64,000 bases of DNA from the human T2T-CHM13v2.0 reference genome, Homo sapiens. The position numbers were made by a program, and so were the translations under genes. This document shows, piece after piece, positions 13,924 through 27,404 of the stretch (its first letter is position 1; each line of letters starts with the position of its first letter). The stretch lies in NCBI RefSeq assembly GCF_009914755.1, contig NC_060932.1; one strand, 5' to 3'. The notes under the pieces were generated by a model. The model was not told the origin of the DNA and searched no databases. It was given only the letters and a program-made list of their open reading frames with translations.

Positions 13924-16479
13924 AAGTCTATTTTTAAAAACATGTATACTGGTGCCCTCAAAGCTTAAACATTTTGATAAAGGAGGAGTCGTTTTCATCA
14001 TGCAATCAAATGTCAATCTTACTACAAAGTGAAAGAGATCTTAGCAGTGGGAATAGATAAAGCTTCAATAAGATACTTTATACTTCAGAGTGAAATTCAT
14101 TTTGTTCTCAGTTGTTGAGATCATATTTGAAGAGTGGAAGGGGCAAAAGAAACAAGGACCACCATGACTGGTGATTAGTGTCATGACAGTCCACCTGGGA
14201 AACAGGCAAATAAACATCCAGTATTCACAGCTCACTTGGGACTTTCTTTATTCTTCATAAGAATGTGTGGAGCTTTCTGTCTCTCTCATTCTTTCCTTAA
14301 TGCTCTGCAAAAAGAACTGAAAGCAGTCCTGGGAAAACAACGCAATAGTATTTGCAAACGTTTGATCCTGGAGCAGGGATTCTCTGCCACGGACTATGTG
14401 ATATGCTATAAACTAATATCTTTAAGCCTCTTAAATGAGGTAGTAATAGGACCCACCTTCTATGGTTGTTGTGAGATTAAATAAGCTGACATACATTGTC
14501 AAGCACTCAGGAATTCCTCAATTAATGAATATTCGCAGTTATGAGTAGCTCTGGCTTGTGACTACTTCAGCCCTTTAACAGATTCTTCTACAAATGCCAC
14601 ACTGCAACGATATTTGTTTTCTTAAAATATTGAAGCAGAGAAGCCTCACTGAGCAGCAACATCTCATTTGCCAGCGAGACCTAGTGAAGACTGAGGAAGT
14701 CAGCAGCCATGTGCCTTCATAGCATTAGAGCAATTACACCCTGCATTATTAAACTCCGTGGTATACAGTTCAACTTGCTAAATAATAAGAATTAAATACA
14801 GCCCAAATAGTAGCACTTTGCCTCAACCGTGAAAGAGTGGCACTCACCAATGAAACTCTCTAGCTAAATTACCAAGTGTGAGGCCTAAATTTAGGACGGG
14901 GCAATTCAGGAACAGTTGATTACTGGATCTAAGATTATAGATGTTCTTGTGAACTGTTGAAACTGATGGAATAAATATAAAATAATGGATTATTACAGAA
15001 TTAGGAAAAAAACCTCGCCTGGGCTGGCTGGAATTGTTCTGCACTGTTATAAGAAATGATTGCTGAAAAGCAGTTGCAACTTGTGCCTACAAAAGGCAGC
15101 ACAAATGACATCCATCTTCTGTAAGAAATTTGATATGGAGACTGAATAGAACAATATATTTTACTATCAAATTTGGCCCTTAAGATGTGATGTTATGCTT
15201 TAGGAGGCTGGAACTTCTCTTATGCTTTATTTGGATGAAAACAGAAACAACAGAAACTCGCAGCACGGCACTATTAAGGAGACCAGGTAAAGTCATGCTG
15301 CAAAAAGTTGGAAATCTACCTTCTCGTTTTCTAATCAGCCCTGAGAAGACCAAAGGGCAGAAGGGACATAGTTTGTGCTTTGGCACAAGACTGACCCCAT
15401 GGCTCTGCCACCTCTGAACTGTGTAATAGCAGCCAGTTCTTTGACTTCCTTAAGTCTTGCCTTTCCCATCTGTAAGTTGAGGATGGTGGTTATGATACCA
15501 TGTCCACAGGATTGGTGTGAGGGTCTGGGTTAGATGGTTAATTATTCCATTCAATCCTTGCAACAATCTCACTGTAAATGCTCCATAAATGGTTGACATT
15601 GTCCATGATTACATTCCACCTCCATGTCTTAAAAATTTTGTAACCTTGGATAAATTACTCTAGGTGTCCCTGTCTCTTAGAGAAAAAAGATGGAAAAAAA
15701 TGACTAATGATCGTACCTACCTTACCAAATTGTGGGATACACTAATGAGTTACGTAGAGCATATTTATCAGCCCTCTATGTATCAGCTGCTGTTATTGTT
15801 ATAACTATGACTACTGCAACTATTTTAAGAATCAGTCAAGTCCATGGGAGGAGATTCGAAGGAGCAACCCTTCCTGGGTTGTGGTCCTAATAGCTATGTG
15901 TTGTCAAACCAATAATATGATGAGAGTCTTGGATTTGCTGTTCCTTTCCCCAGCTGTAAGAAGAGAAGCCTGGAAGCCCTGTCTATGGGAATGCCAAGAG
16001 CCAGCTGAGGTTATATCACAATGCCACCCAGGGCCTCTTACTATGAGAGGAATTGGAAGGTGGGAAGCTGGAGGCAGAAGGCTGGAAAGCCATTAGCTCA
16101 GGCTTTCTAATCTTGTAGGACCTTGATTGGGACTTCAGATGTCTTTGCCCAATAAAGTATTTTTTGTCATTAAAATCATGCAAATATAAGAATCAAATGT
16201 AAACATTAAAAAAATTCCGAAATATATTGGTAACTGCATCTTGGCACTGTTTTCTGCTGTTGCCTCTCTTCCATCTCCTCCTTCCTTTTCTCCCTCTGTT
16301 CCAATGCACTGGGAGCTTCAAAGAATGGAAGCAAACAAGGCCTTTCTCAAACTGTATCAGGTCTCCATACCACCTTCTCTATCAAAGCTCATGTGACCAA
16401 GATTTGAGCTGCCTACATTTGTGATTTGGTTATTTGTCAAAAACAAAACAAAACAAACAAACAAACAAAAAGAACTTCA

Positions 16480-16700
16480 GAATATTAAGTAGGAAAGCAC
16501 AAGAGCTCTCTAAAGAGACACACATGGCTTTAAACTCCAGCTCTAGAAATACTTCATTAAGCTTCTGTTTCCTCATCTATAAAATGGGGGTAGTAATAAT
16601 ATCTCACTCACAGGACCACTGAGAGGGTTACGTGAGATCATGCATCTGACATTTTACCAGTGTTTGGCATAAGTAAGGGATTATACATGCTAGCCAATAT
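16480..16700 (+). mobile_element. MIR
   Basis: CTGTTTCCTCATCTATAAAATGGGGGTAGTAATAATATCTCACTCACAGG. Confidence 0.8.
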
Positions 16701-16758
16701 TTTTGGTCTCAAGTCTTAGTATCCAGAAAGCTAGTACTCTAGTAGCCAGAATTTTCCT

Positions 16759-16848
16759 TTGTGATAAAATCAATTAAAATTTATCATTGTAATCATTTTT
16801 AAGCATACAGTTTAGTGGCAGTAAGTGCATTCTCATTGTTGTGCAAAC
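16759..16848 (-). mobile_element. ~90 bp old L1 (L1MB-like) 3'-end fragment
   Basis: AAAATTTATCATTGTAATCATTTTTAAGCATACAGTTTAGTGGCAGTAAGTGCATTCTCATTGTTGTGCAA, flanked by GAATTT(T)CCT at 16749-16758 and 16850-16858. Confidence 0.7.
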
Positions 16849-17527
16849 GGAATTTCCTCCTATTATGTGGATAAGACCCTTGAGACCCTGAATCATATCT
16901 CAGGACTTGCCCAAAGTCACAGCGAGTCCTGGAACTTACATCTTCCAACCCTTCAGAGTTCCCTAGAATTTCAAAGGCTATCTCCTTGTGCTGACTCAGC
17001 TGTTGGAATGAGTAGTGAAGCTATAGACATAAATTATATCATTCATCTAGTCAACACATTCATTCTATAAATATTTTTGAACATCTACCATGGAAAGGAC
17101 ACATGCAAGAGATTAGACAAAAAGCATCTGTTATTTCTTTACAATAGCCTTATCAGTATTTTGGTTAGTTTTTACTTTTGTCCTTTTAGAAATGAGGCCA
17201 TGAAGATCCAGACAGGTTTGGTAACTCTTCCAAGGCCACAAAGAAAATAGTGAAGATGGGATTCAACACCAGTGGACTATCACTCCAAGAGATTTGCGTT
17301 GAATCTGATTACAGGGCTTGTTAAGATTTTTTAGGAATACAGTTTTTTTCCTCAAGCCATAACAACATTATACCAATATGGTGGAGCAGGTCTTTTTTTA
17401 CCATGGAAAAAAAGAAAACACCCAGATTCTTCTGTGAACCAGAAGTACCTGAAGTGGAAAAGAAATTAAGTCTCATTGTCATACACTGAGAACACTGTTG
17501 AATTATCACACCAGGGTATTCTTATGC

Positions 17528-17612
17528 CATGAGGATGGGGATGATGGTAGTGGTGATGATGATGATGATAATGGTAATGGGAATGGTATGGTGATGATTA
17601 TAATGCTGATAA
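17528..17612 (+). repeat. Degenerate (GAT/GGT/AAT)n trinucleotide tract
   Basis: GATGATGGTAGTGGTGATGATGATGATGATAATGGTAATGG... Confidence 0.85.
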
Positions 17613-18554
17613 TTATCAACCATGGATCACCTAGTACATACAAAGCTCTACATTTAGATATATTCATACATGTAATATTTGCTGAGTATCTTCTCTTTGT
17701 TAGGCACTAGGAATATAGTAGTAAATAGGACAGCTATACAAGGTTCCTGTTCTCATGGAATTTACAATCTAATGAACGATAAGATTTTAAACAAATAATT
17801 GCATATAGTAATCCTCAAACAGCCATATGAAGTTGGAATGATGACAATAATAACAAAACTACCAAGACTCTTCTATTACTGAGTACCTATTATGTGCCAG
17901 ACACTCTTCTAGCTGCTTTACATACAAAATATTTTGTTCTACAGGTTACACAACCTTAATGGGCACCAGTTTCCTCCCAGCAAATATGAGCACAGATGGG
18001 TTTTTCTTACACCAAAGACTTTCCATCATACTCTGCTCTTAGGCTAGCCTTGGATTTATTTTCTACCCAGGCCATTTGTTCTTCCCATCCAGGGTTGGGA
18101 TCTCGATATGTGGGCTAGGATACCAAAGGGTTTGGGTGCTCACCTTCTAATGGCCACCAGGTCTCTGTAAGCAAACACTCTTTTTTCATGTAGCCAACAT
18201 AAAGGGAGACAGAGATTCCCAGCCACAACACTGGAATCTTCATGGGGGCTGTGTGCAGGTTTCTTCATCTTCTCCACCCTATAGAGCCCTGGAGAAGATG
18301 CCATCTCCATTACAGCGGGGCTTTCCCAGGACATGGAGGTAATTAGGCATGATCTTGGTCATTCTTTTGGAAGAGTCAGGGATATCTCCATATTCCTGAA
18401 TATCCTAGGCAAGATGGCAATAAATTCATTAATAATATTATCCAAAATTTGTGCAGCCTGCTTCAGCTTACCTCTCACTAGCTCATAGGTTATCTCAGGT
18501 GATCCTCATTAAAATCCCTGTAGGGTATCTTTATTTATAGATGAAACTCAGCAG

Positions 18555-18832
18555 CCCTGTAGAGAAGCCCACATGATGAGGAGCTAACGCTTCTTGCCAA
18601 CAGCCACGTGAGTGATGTTGGAAGCAAATATTCTAGCTCTGGTGGAGTCTTCAGATGACTGCAGCCCTGATTGACACATTGACTGCAACGTCAAGAAAGA
18701 CTGCATCAGAAACACCCAGTTAAGCCACTCCTAGATTTGTGACTCTCAGAAACCATGAGATATAATAACGTTTGTTGTTTTAAGTGGCTAAATTTTTGAA
18801 TACTTTGTTAAGCAGCAGTGGATAACTCATAC
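18555..18832 (+). mobile_element. MLT1 (F/E-like) LTR, 3' part
   Basis: GCCAACAGCCACGTGAGTG...TCTTCAGATGACTGCAGCCC...GAGATATAATAACGTTTGTTGTTTTAAG...GCAGCAGTGGATAACTCATAC. Confidence 0.85.
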
Positions 18833-18859
18833 GAAATTTAAGAATACAGAAATTCATTT

Positions 18860-19090
18860 TTGGAGTCAGACAGTTCTGGATTTGCATTCTGGTTTTGCCA
18901 GTTATGAGCTTTGTAACCTCGGGCAACTCATTCCACATCTCTAAGCCTCAATTTCCTCATCTGCAAAATGGAGGTAATAATGGTATTTGTACCCTAGGGT
19001 TTTTCCCCCTGAGTAATTGAAATGGTGCTTGTTAAACACAATGCTTGGCACCTAGTACGTAGTCAGTAAATGGAAGCTATAATTATTGTT
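18860..19090 (+). mobile_element. MIR
   Basis: TTGGAGTCAGACAGTTCTGG...CTCTAAGCCTCAATTTCCTCATCTGCAAAATGGAGGTAATAAT. Confidence 0.85.
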
Positions 19091-20344
19091 ATTATAATCT
19101 TTTGAGCTCATTTGGCAAATATTTAAAATACTGATTCTTCTTAAAGTGCCGACTACAAGCGTTGCTCAATTGGATTATGCAAAAGGAATTTTTTTACGAG
19201 GGAGGCATGCTCAGTCAGAGAACACAGGTCTTGCTTGAGATTGCCCGTGGTGCTGAAGGACAAGCCAAGATTAAAGAGTCAACCAGCAGTTGACTGAGCT
19301 TTTTTCTCCTTGTCCACAAAATGCTGATGAACAGCATTTTGTAATGTAATTAAGATTACACTGAAGAATGAGCCCTCTATCACCCCATCATTCAATCACC
19401 TTTTCCTTTACCAGCAGGAGCCAAGAGCTCGGCTTTACCTTCCCCTACAAACAACCACCTGACCCCCAGCTCATTAGTGCCATCCCTGGGATAGTATTCA
19501 TTGATTTTAGGGACCAGAGTCCAATATTTCTCTCCCATCTGTCTTTATGGTCTGCACCGAGGTCAAAGTTAACTACATACTCATTTTCCGGGAGGACATT
19601 TCCTGATGCGAGAGTGATTAGAAACTTCTTCTTACTTCCCATTCTTCATACTCAAGTTTCTGTTCTTCTTGGCCCAATGGTTCATTCTATCTGTGTAATC
19701 TGAGGGCAGGTGTAGAAAATGGCTTACCTTGAAAACCATAAATTATCTGTACTCATCACTTTCAGAACAGGACTCATTAAAAAAACTTATTTCCCACAAC
19801 AGTGTTCAGAGAGATGAGTTGCCTTTTAGCACACTAACACCTCTGCCTCTTTTAAGACCATTGAGCTTACTTCTTAGACCAATGTAGTAAGTCAATCCAT
19901 ACTTATCAAAACAAACATTTTGATGTGACTATCTTCTTAAGTGGTAAGTGACTTTTTCATGGAGAAGTTTAAGATGATTATACCTTTTTGGAAATAATCC
20001 CAACTCTTGATAAGCATACTGCTGGCCTAGGGGACAAGGGATTTGCCTGTTTGTTGTGGCGTGGCAACGGATGAGCTCTGTGAATCTGGGCAGGTCACGA
20101 CATCTAAGTCAAATCAGTTTCCTCATCCATGAAATGGGGATACCTGCTCACCTACTCTTCAAAGTTTTCATAAAAATCAAATGGTATGGTATCAACAAAG
20201 TACTCTAAAAATAATTTAAATAGCTTCAATGTATATAAACATTCCAGTTATAAGAAATTCCGCAATAAATAAACCAGGTTTTACTAATATTCCTCCAACA
20301 CACAAAACAAAACAATGATATTTGAGTGATATATGCAATATGTG

Positions 20345-20630
20345 TATTTATTTATTTGGAGACTGGGTCTCACTCTGTTGCCTAAGCTGGAGTACAGTGG
20401 CACAATCATGCCTCACCGAAGCCTTGACCTCCCTGGGCTCAGGTTATCCTCCCACCTCAGCCTCCCTAGAAGCTGGGACCCCAGGCACATGCCACCAAAC
20501 CATGGCTAACTTCTGTATTTTTTTGTAGAGACAGTGTTTCGTCATGTTGTTCAGGCTAGTCTCAAACTCCTATGCTCAAGTGATCCACCCTCCTTGGCCT
20601 CCCAAAGTTCTGGAATTACAGGCTTGGCCC
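20345..20630 (-). mobile_element. AluJ
   Basis: J-type positions (GGGTCTCACTCTG, GCCTTGACCTCCCTGGGCTCAGG, CCTATGCTCAAGTGATCC), (TATT)n tail, high divergence. Confidence 0.93.
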
Positions 20631-20796
20631 CATAAGTGTAAATAATAAAACTGTATGGATAAAAGAGAAATTAAGAATTTACATTTGGCAAAGGAACTGA
20701 AGAAAGAAAGTTAACACAAAGATGACAGATTGTCAAAATATAGGCCAGAAAACCTTAAAGTAGGTATCTTGAATCACAAGAAAATCAGACAAATAC

Positions 20797-21106
20797 CAGT
20801 AGTTAGTCTCCCATTATCTGAGGCCTTGTTTTCCATGGTTGCAGTTATCCTTGGTACAGTAGGTACAGTAAAATAAGATATTTTCAGAGAGAGAGAGAGA
20901 TTCACATTACTTTTATTATAGTATATTGCTATAATTGTCCTATTATATTAGTTGTTGTTAATCTTTTACTATGCTAAACTTATAAATTAACTTTATTATA
21001 GGTAGGTATTCTGAGGAACAAACATAGGGTTTGATATTCTCTGTGGTTTCAGGCCTCCACTGGGGGGTCTTGGAACATATCTCCCACAGACAAGTGAGGA
21101 CTGCTA
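20797..21106 (+). mobile_element. MER44A (Tigger7-derived, TcMar) DNA transposon
   Basis: TIR-like CAGTAG...TTATC at the left and GACAAGTGAGGACTGCTA at the right. Internal GTACAGTAAAATAAGATATTTTCAGAGAGAGAG and GGTTTCAGGCCTCCACTGGGGGGTCTTGGAAC. Confidence 0.88.
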
Positions 21107-21159
21107 TAAACAGAAAAAAAAGGCATGACCACCTTCCCTGCCCCTGCCACATCCCCACT

Positions 21160-22100
21160 CCTGCCTCCAAATCTAAGGATTTAAACAGGTTTCTCTCAAA
21201 ATGAGAAATGTAACTGGCTAAGGAGTATGAAACTATGCTCAAAGTCCCTGATTATCAGAAAATGCACATTAAAACAGTCAGATACAACTTTACATCCATC
21301 AGATTGGCCAAAATTAGAAATCTGGATAATGCCATGCACTCTGCAGAGAGTAGACAATGGTTTCCCCATCTGGGCTACAATCTGGCAACATGGAGTGAAA
21401 GGAGGCCCTCACCTGCTCTATGATCCAGGAAGCTCCATCTTTGGTCTAAAGCAGATAAATTCTTCCCAGTTATTTATATGAGGCAACCCACATGTATTTG
21501 ACTAGGGTAGTAGGTAAGTAAAATGTGATGGAATGCTAGGCATCAAATAGAACCTTGAGCTAGATGTACACATAGTAACATGGTTAGATTTCAGAAGCAG
21601 TGTTGAATAAAAATGAAAAACGATGAGGTCTTAGAGCACAATATCATTTGTATGGATTGCATATATATCCACACTCAATAGTATATATTAAAAATATATC
21701 AAATGTATTGGCATTTTTGCATTAGTGGGTAGGGAACAGATGTGAAATTTGAAAACAAGGAGGGGAAAAATCCACAAGAGTCCCTTGAAAGAGCCGAAAA
21801 AATGGTATGCCATGAATCAAGTAGCACTGCTAACTCAACTCTGTGCACCTGAGATGCAAAAAGATAACCTGCATGCACTGTACCACTCCATTTTTTTTTA
21901 AAAAAAACTATATACTCAGGTGCACATATACACTTGAAAGATCAAAGGCATTTGCAATGAAATATTAACAGTTGTTATTTCTGGGTGCTGGCACGGGATA
22001 TAACTGTTATTTTCTTCTTTTGCTTATTATCTGCATATTCTAGACTTTCTACAGTGGATCTGCATTCCATTTATATGAAGGAAACAACTTCATATAAAAT
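21160..22100 (+). mobile_element. Ancient L1 (L1ME-like) 3' fragments
   Basis: ATCAGAAAATGCACATTAAAACAGTCAGATACAACTTTACATCCATCAGATTGGCCAAAATTAGAAA (ORF2 end) and TTAACAGTTGTTATTTCTGGG (3'UTR). Confidence 0.65.
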
Positions 22101-22365
22101 TACTTAAAAATCCTGGAGATATATGTCATGTTTTCCTGTCTCAGTAATCTGCACACATACCCAGAGTGTGAAACTTTGAAGGATTATGTCCCTGAAAGAT
22201 GACACAAGTCTTCTGGTTGTTCTTCTCATGGAAATGGAGAGGTGTAAAACTTTAAAGAGCTGAGCTTTTGGCAGTTGTATTTACCAAAAGAAAGAAATCT
22301 GCATGAAGAGAGAGAAAATGGCACATTGGGACAATGATTTTCTTTCATTGGCTCCCACAAGATGC

Positions 22366-23563
22366 ACAACTTCTCTTCCCTGGCACACAGTTTCAGCAAG
22401 GTTTATTTCTGGAAATAAGAGATGAAGCCGAGTTTTATATCTCAGAGTTAAGGGAACCCTGAGAATAATACCTAAGGGTTCTTAGAATCCACAGCAATTC
22501 TGACTTTCACATCCATCTTATACAGGTCTTCATCATGACCACATCATGACTTTTTGATCCCTGATTTACTTCAACCAGCAGCCATTGTTGGAGTACATAC
22601 TGCGCATATATAAAGGTGCTAATTCATTTAACTTTCCAAAAAACCCTTTGAGATGGGTATTCTTGTTATCAATATTAGCAGGTTAGAAAATTAAAGCACA
22701 GACAGTTTAAAAATTTGCCCAAATTCACACAGTTAGTAAGGAGCAGATTGAAGATTTAATCCAGCCTGGCTTCAGAACCTAGTCTTAGTGGGTGGCTAAA
22801 GACCATTGTCTCTAGGAACTGCCAGATCTCTTTTCCCCTGCTAGAAATCCATTTGCAAGGAACACTTATATATCTGTCTTCTTCCATTCAGGTGTCAAAT
22901 AATGCCATTGGCTTTTTTAATCACTGGGATTTTGAAACATTTGCAGTCCTTTCCATGGTGTGGCCCTTTCTGTAATTTTTTTTCACAAGGAATAAAATCT
23001 AATCACATTGATAGATGAAATACATATGTTGTTAATAATGATTATCGTAGCTAAAATTAAAATTCCTCTGAAAGAGGGAACCATCTTTGTTGGATAAAAT
23101 TTTGTGATGAGCTCTACAGGGTAGAATGAGGACTAGTGCTCAAAACCATAAAAGTTGATGATAAAATGCCCTGAGTGAGATAGTAAGAGGAATTTTGTTT
23201 TGTGCCCAGAAGGAAAGTAGAGCGAAAACTAGGAAAGGAGAAGGAGAATTTATAGAGAGAAACCAAAAGAAGGCATAAATATCTGAAGGAATACCAGACA
23301 CTAGCCCTGTGTAGGGTTTTATAAACAGGGATGTCCAAGGATAAATCTGAAGGTCTACAGACAACTTCTCTTCCTGGCACACATTCTCAATAGGGTTTAT
23401 TTTTGGAAATAGGAGAGGAGGGTGAGTTTTATATCACAGAGGCAGCATGTGTGGAAGCCCAGAGTTAAGGGAACTCTGAGAATACTTAAGGCTTCTTTGA
23501 ATCCACAGCAATCCTGACTTTCACACCCATCTTATTTAATATCTAGGTCTTCATCATGACCAC
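22366..23563 (+). repeat. Dispersed direct duplication: 22366-22542 and 23361-23563
   Basis: Hand alignment from ACAACTTCTCTTCC to AGGTCTTCATCATGACCAC gives roughly 89% identity plus indels. Confidence 0.92.
22590..22780 (-). mobile_element. MIR
   Basis: AAAATTAAAGCACAGACAGTTTAAAAATTTGCCCAAATTCACACAGTTAGTAAG. Confidence 0.75.
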
Positions 23564-23869
23564 CGCTGGCAAGCCATTTATTTTCTGCTTCACCAGGCAA
23601 ACAAAACCAGGGCATGCCAAGGTAGGCAGATAATTATGTTTTTTGGAGACAAGATATCAAAGTTTACTAAGAAGCCTCGAGTTTCTGTGATTAGACACTG
23701 AGGTCAGAGCAGTTTTCAGAAGAGCTTCTCCAGCAACAGTGAACTTATTCAACAGCCTAGATCACCTGAAGATGGGAATTATGGAACCAAAAACATTAGG
23801 CCTACCGGTAATATAGTCTGGATGCCGCAAGGGGAGGAAGGGAGTGTAACAATTTGGCCATAAACTGTC

Positions 23870-24060
23870 CCAGCCACGTTACACGGTTCATTTTATGTAA
23901 CTCTTATAACCCTGGGAGGTGGAGATTATTATTCCCGTTTATACAGGAGGAATCTGAGCTCAGAGAGATTAAATCATTTGGGCAACATTTCATAGAGTGA
24001 AGAAGTAGTGGTACCAGAATTTGACCCAGACCTGTTTCCAAAGTCTAGTCTCTTTCTACT
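23870..24060 (-). mobile_element. MIR
   Basis: ATTATTATTCCCGTTTATACAGGAGGAATCTGAGCTCAGAGAGATTAAATCATTTG. Confidence 0.8.
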
Positions 24061-24609
24061 TGGTTATACTCTTTCTTTTATAGGAATAATCAAAAGATAC
24101 ATAGTAGCTGCCTTCAGGGAATATTTAATAAAAAGGGACTAACTGGCAAAACATTCTCTTTTGATGTTTCCATCATTTCTGGTGACAGCTTCTTGCATTT
24201 ATCACAGAATTTTCCAGTTGTAAGGGAAGTCTCAGAGTACCTCTAAACAGGCAGATCTTTCTGGGATTGGAAGGGGAGGGGTTAAGTTGAATTTTGATTG
24301 AGAAAATGTAACCTAGTCTAAGACAAATGGAAACCCATTTTAGGCAGAAGCATTCATTTACAAGAAGGTTGAGAAGCAGCTGCAGGAGGTAGGCAGCATG
24401 GTGGTAGCACTTCAGAGCTAAAGTGGAGAGGGAAGCGTGGATATAGAATGTGATTTTCAGTTCCAGGCAGGCTCAATTCTCATCAGCTAAGCAGATGTGT
24501 GTTGATTATCTACTATGTGGGTATCAAACACTGTGCTACATGTTGGGAACCCGTAGATGAATATGGCAGGAAACGCATGACCATTAGGAGCCTAGTCTAA
24601 CAGGAGAGT

Positions 24610-25065
24610 TGTCAGTGGCCTCCAAAGTATCTGTTATTCTTTTCACCATCCTGCAAGGACTTGAACTTTCCAGCCATAAAGTCTGAGCCAATCATGACAC
24701 TCATATCTCTTTTGCATCAGTGATTGGTTTAGGAATGGGCACCAGTCTTTCACTGATCCAGTGAGAGGAAGTGTGGAGCTTTTGTCTGCTTGTAAAAGAA
24801 AGAGACATTTTTTCTTTTCATCAAGATATCAGTGAAGAAACTTGTGCTGGAACTGTGGAAATCATTTTGATATCATGAAGGCATTAATCTAAGTTAGCCA
24901 GGAAGACAGGGTCAAGGGAAACACAGGAAAATGAAACCCTAATAATCTAGGAAACTTTAAATCAAACTGTACTTTAAACTTGCATTATCTCTTTTCACTT
25001 ATGTGTACTCATATATTCCAGTTTGAGTTGGACTTTCTGTAACATGCAGAAAAAACATCATATCA
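24610..25065 (+). mobile_element. Old MLT1 (K/L-like) LTR nested in an antisense L2 (~24490-25500)
   Basis: GTCTGAGCCAATCA...CAGTGATTGGTTTAGGAATGGGCA...GTTTGAGTTGGACTTTCTGTAACATGCAG. Confidence 0.65.
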
Positions 25066-25510
25066 TTTCAAGGAGATATAAAAATAGATCATTCTAATAT
25101 TTGGTAAGTGCTATGATATAAATATGAGTAGAGTGATATGAGATTTTAGAGAAGAGGCATTGACCCTCAATTCTGGGATACAGGGAATGATTTCTAAGTA
25201 AATGATGATTTATCTGAGTTTTGAAAGATGAACTAGAGTTAGATGAGGAAGGATTTCCAGGTAGAGGGAACAACATGTGTAGAGGTTCAAAGGCAGAAAC
25301 TACGTTCATGAGAAATTTCAAATAATTTGGTGTTACTAGATAGTAACGTGCAATGCTTTGCTGGCTGGCAACGTGACTGAAGAGGAGCTGGGTTTCCCTC
25401 AGTAGGTGAAAAGGAGACAAAGTTTTAGGCAGGAGAGTGGTGTGTCTAGATTTGCATATGGCTGAATATGGAGGATAAGATTACAGGAAGCAAGACTGGA
25501 GGCAGGCTTT

Positions 25511-26296
<786 letters not shown>

Positions 26297-27404
26297 AAAA
26301 ATGAAGAAAAGATTTATTAATCTTATAAATTAAGACAGATTAAAATGGGAAAAAAATACTAGAAGCAGGAAGCTTATTGGGGGTATTAATTCATTCATGC
26401 TCAGTCACTATGCCAAATGGTGCCAGACAGTCACATACAACAGGGATAAAGAAAACAGACACAGATCCTGCTCTCAGAGTTCACTGTTAATTGAAATCGT
26501 TGTAAAAGTTCAGGTAAGAGATAAAGACACTGCAGAAAGGGACAGGGTCTCTGGAAATGGACTGGTAGGATCATTTCACCATGGAAGACATGAAATTCTT
26601 CCACTGTAGGAACTGTGCTTTGCTTACCCCAAATATAGCCTGATTTCAAATAATTAATCATTTTCTTATACAAAACACTACTATTCCACTTCTGTTCCCA
26701 ATATAGGGATCATGTGGTGTGATTTCCACAGCAAATATTTCTATCTTCATTATGCCACATTACACACGGAGTCCTGTTCTTGCTCTTGGCTACTCTCATA
26801 CAAACGTTGGCTCTGACTGTGGAGAGACAAAAGGATTGTTAGTCCAGCAGTCAAGCTGGTGGTCAACACTGATGGATTGGAGGAGGCTGGATGGAGGGTG
26901 GTGTTGAGAAGAATGCTAATGTTGCTCAGATTGATGTCTGATGTCTGCCATGGGCACAGAAAGGATCTTATGGCAATCATGAGTATATATTCGCTCATTA
27001 GGCATTAGCTCACTGTCTGTTTTGGCCACTATTTAAAAAAAATGATTACTGAATAGATGACTTTTTTTTTTTATACATCAGAAGATGTACACCCTCTTCT
27101 GAAAACAAATGGAACAAATGGAAGCCAATTAAAATGCGATCAGCACTAACTGACAAAAAGCCCCAGAAAGCATTCTTATAAAAGCACTCTTTCAACTTGT
27201 TAACATACACCACCTTAAAATACTCAACTCTCTAAAACAAATGCAGTGTAAGATCAATACAGCTATGAGCTCTTTTTATTTATGAGAATCTGTTCATGCT
27301 TAGGGACCATCAGCTGAACAGAATTGCTGCCATTGCCAAAATACTACATAAACTAACAGTTATTTCATTTTATAAAATAAAAGGCATGTGTGTGTGTGTA
27401 TTTG

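Noticed and set aside
17498-17710. Asp/Gly/Asn-rich ORF
   Set aside because: It is the translation of a degenerate trinucleotide repeat.
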